This document shows, piece by piece, positions 61,535 through 64,000 of a stretch of DNA of 64,000 bases (positions are counted from its first letter, which is position 1; every line of letters begins with the position of its first letter). The DNA is from Octopus vulgaris (lineage: Eukaryota), in the NCBI GenBank assembly GCA_951406725.2, contig OX597817.1, positions 169,446,001 through 169,510,000 on the forward strand. Direction: 5' to 3'. A program made the translations under genes and the position numbers. A model generated the notes under the pieces. That model saw only the letters and a program-made list of their open reading frames with translations, did not search any database and was not told the origin of the DNA.

Positions 61535-61900
61535 ATCATCATCATTATCATTATCATCATCTAACATCTATCATCCATACAGGCATACTTGGACAGTTTG
61601 ATTGGAGATAGCAAACCAGTGGACTGCACCGGACTCCAATGTCTGTTTTGGCATGGTTTTTATGGCTGGATGCTCTTCCTAATGCCAACTGTACTATAGA
61701 GTGGACTAAGTGCTTTTCACATGGCACCAGCACTGGTGAGGTCTGTTTTGACAAGGTTTTTACGGCTGAATGTCCTTTCTAATGTTAACCACTTTACAGA
61801 GAGGGCAGGGTGCTATTTATGTGACCCCAGAAACAGCAAGGCCTGTTTTGGCATGCTTTTTACAGCTTCCCTTCCAAACGCTGATCACCTTACAGTAACT
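61535..61900 (-). mobile_element. Older family F-related repeat with tandem subunits
   Basis: ggctggatgctcttcctaatgccaac-like motif repeated three times after an (ATC)n run. Confidence 0.6.
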
Positions 61901-62029
61901 GGAGTCATTGACTGGTAACTTTCTGACCAACCATAACCAACGACTACACAAAATATTACAACTCAAACAAAAAAACCCCACCCCAAATTTTAGGCCTTGT
62001 TCTTATAGTAAGAAAATGTTTTAAGAACA

Positions 62030-62352
62030 CTGGCACTTGGTCATTTACAACAATGGCTCCAGTTGATCAGGTTTATTGAACAGCCTGCTCATGAAATTAA
62101 TGTGCAAGTGGCTGAGCACTCCACAAACATACGTACCCTTAACATAGTTTTCCGGGAGACTTACTCTGACACAGAATGTGACAAGGTTGGCCCTTTGAAA
62201 TAAAGGTACTACTCAGTTTTGTTAACTGAGTGAACTGGAGCAATGTGAAATAAACTGTTCTTCCTCAAGGACACAATGTACTGTGTGGAACTGAACTCAC
62301 AGCCTTACAATCATGAACCGAATACCCCTAACCACTAAGCCATGTGCCTTTA
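62030..62352 (-). mobile_element. Diverged SINE, head H3 with tail T2
   Basis: gaacagcctgctcatgaaattaa...cgtacccttaac...ctaaccactaagccatg. Confidence 0.8.
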
Positions 62353-62380
62353 CAGGAAGAATATTATTCTCTGTAACATA

Positions 62381-62896
62381 CTGTAAATCCTCGAGTTTAA
62401 TCTGCACTTTTTTTCCCAAAATTTAATGGTCAAAATCCCTAGTGCATACTATATACAAGGTTAAAAATGAAAGTTATTTTCTAAGCAATGTCCGAGTCTC
62501 TATTTGCTGTCTGGCAATGTTTATTCAGACGCATTTTGTGATGTCAGGCATGAAAATACCTTCAGCTAAGCCTGAAAGCAATGAAGTCATAAAAAAATCA
62601 TCCATAACTTGCAGTAAGCAACATTTATTAAACGTTATTACTGTTATTTCTTTATTTTCTGCAAACAAAATGCACAAAAAAGTTACACGTTTGCATTATG
62701 TTATATATACAATAATAATAATAAAGGACATTACCATATACATTTTTACAAACCATAGACGTTATATAGACCTCCTTGACTTAAGTTGGAGAAGGGGTGC
62801 GTATTATACACAAGGTTTAGGTTTTTCAGAGGTACAGCCCCCTAAAAATCCCCTGCGTATTATACTCAAGGGCGGACTATACTCGAGGATTTACAG
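62381..62896. mobile_element. Tc2/pogo-like MITE
   Basis: TIRs ctgtaaatcctcgagt / actcgaggatttacag with TA on both sides. Confidence 0.85.
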
Positions 62897-63634
62897 TAGA
62901 TGCTTCTGAATTCCTTTATAAATGCAAGAATTCAGCAAATCTTGGTAATTGATGGTGTAACAATATTTTCTATTCAGTCTGTCATTTTGTCATGGCTAAC
63001 CTTTGATTGGTCGTCTTCTGTTACATCAACACAATCAGTTGCCATGTCACCTTTTGCATGGATTGAATTATTTTCTCTACCGACGCCAATGATTATGTTG
63101 GCTGTTCAACTGAAACAAGTGCCAACATAATCGATTCTTGTCTTGTTACCTTAGCTGTGTTTTTGAGTAAGAGATAATTACACCGATTTTCATATCCAGA
63201 TTGTGCTCTGTATACACAAAAATTAAGGTGTTGGATTCCATTTGTAATCACCCTGATTTAGTATTCAGTGAATTAGCATCATTAGCAACCACAATATATT
63301 CAGAAAGAACTGAAAACAAGCGTGGACGAAGAAAATTTTATGTTAGCAAGAATTACAATAATGAAGCTTTCATTAAGCAACATCAATCACAACAACAGCA
63401 GCACTGGTTTGTGTTTATCAACTGTCATAATTGTGGTCAGACATAAGCAAAGGAAGTGGCTAGCATTGAAATTAGTGTCATAAATGTAGAAAGCTAATTT
63501 GCTTTGACAAATGTTGCCAGTCATTGCCTACATGCAACATCCATAAAGCTTCATATGAAGAGAGCAATGACTCCGTACTCAATGTCAAATCCGTTCAACA
63601 TACATTTGATACATCATCAGGACTGGATTAACCA

Positions 63635-63862
63635 TTAACCCTTTTGTTACTGTATTTATTTTGAGATGCTCTGTGTTTCTTTCAATTACTTTAAATATAA
63701 CAAAGAATTTAGTAAAATAACTTAGTTATCATTCAGCTAGTGTTAGGAACATAAATTGTGACTAATGTTTGGTGGAAGATTTTAATTCAAAACTTATGAA
63801 AATAAGACATTTGTACTCAGAGCCAGAGCCGGTTTCAGCCGGGTTGGTAACTAAAGGGTTAA
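63635..63862. mobile_element. piggyBac-like MITE (P2)
   Basis: TTAA-cccttt...aaaggg-TTAA; homologous to 5610-5838. Confidence 0.8.
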
Positions 63863-63905
63863 GGAAGATAAGAATGTGCTCAGGGCATCAAGGGAAATGG
63901 GTACC

Positions 63906-64000
63906 ACATCATCATCATCATCATTTGACGTCCATTTTCCATGCTAGCATGGGGTGGATGGTTCGACCGGGGTTTGTAAGCCAAAGGCTACACCAGACTC
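63906..64000 (-). mobile_element. Family F 3' end, running off the window
   Basis: (ATC)n-ttgacgtccattttccatgctagcatggg. Confidence 0.8.

Noticed and set aside
62442-62909. 155-aa ORF inside the Tc2/pogo-like MITE as a transposase
   Set aside because: No HTH or DDE motif is present; it is a chance ORF.

Overview
This is AT-rich, microsatellite-dense eukaryotic DNA with no recognisable host protein-coding exon. The SINE/LINE/MITE repertoire looks like a coleoid cephalopod (Octopus-like) genome; this is inferred from repeat recognition, not from a search. Almost all ORF-track entries are microsatellite or repeat artefacts. Real coding remnants are 5'-truncated non-LTR retrotransposons: HERO-like and R4/Dong-like elements with restriction-like endonucleases, two CR1-group 3' ends and three RTE-clade families. 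tRNA-derived SINEs are built from four heads (labelled H1-H4 here) and several exchangeable tails (T1-T5). DNA-transposon MITEs of piggyBac, mariner, Tc2/pogo, hAT and Helitron type are also present. Main points of interest: (1) non-coding, (TA)n-inserted, partly fold-back Penelope-like mini-elements carrying minimal type I hammerhead ribozymes, including one with a compensatory U3-A8 core; (2) a candidate recursive-splicing (AG|GT ratchet) site with a short RS-exon on the + strand, suggesting the window lies in a very long intron; (3) SINE tails that match LINE 3' ends present in the same window, with covarying stem-loops; (4) a twin-priming-type 5' inversion in an RTE insertion. All coordinates were read by eye; boundaries of diverged repeats are approximate.
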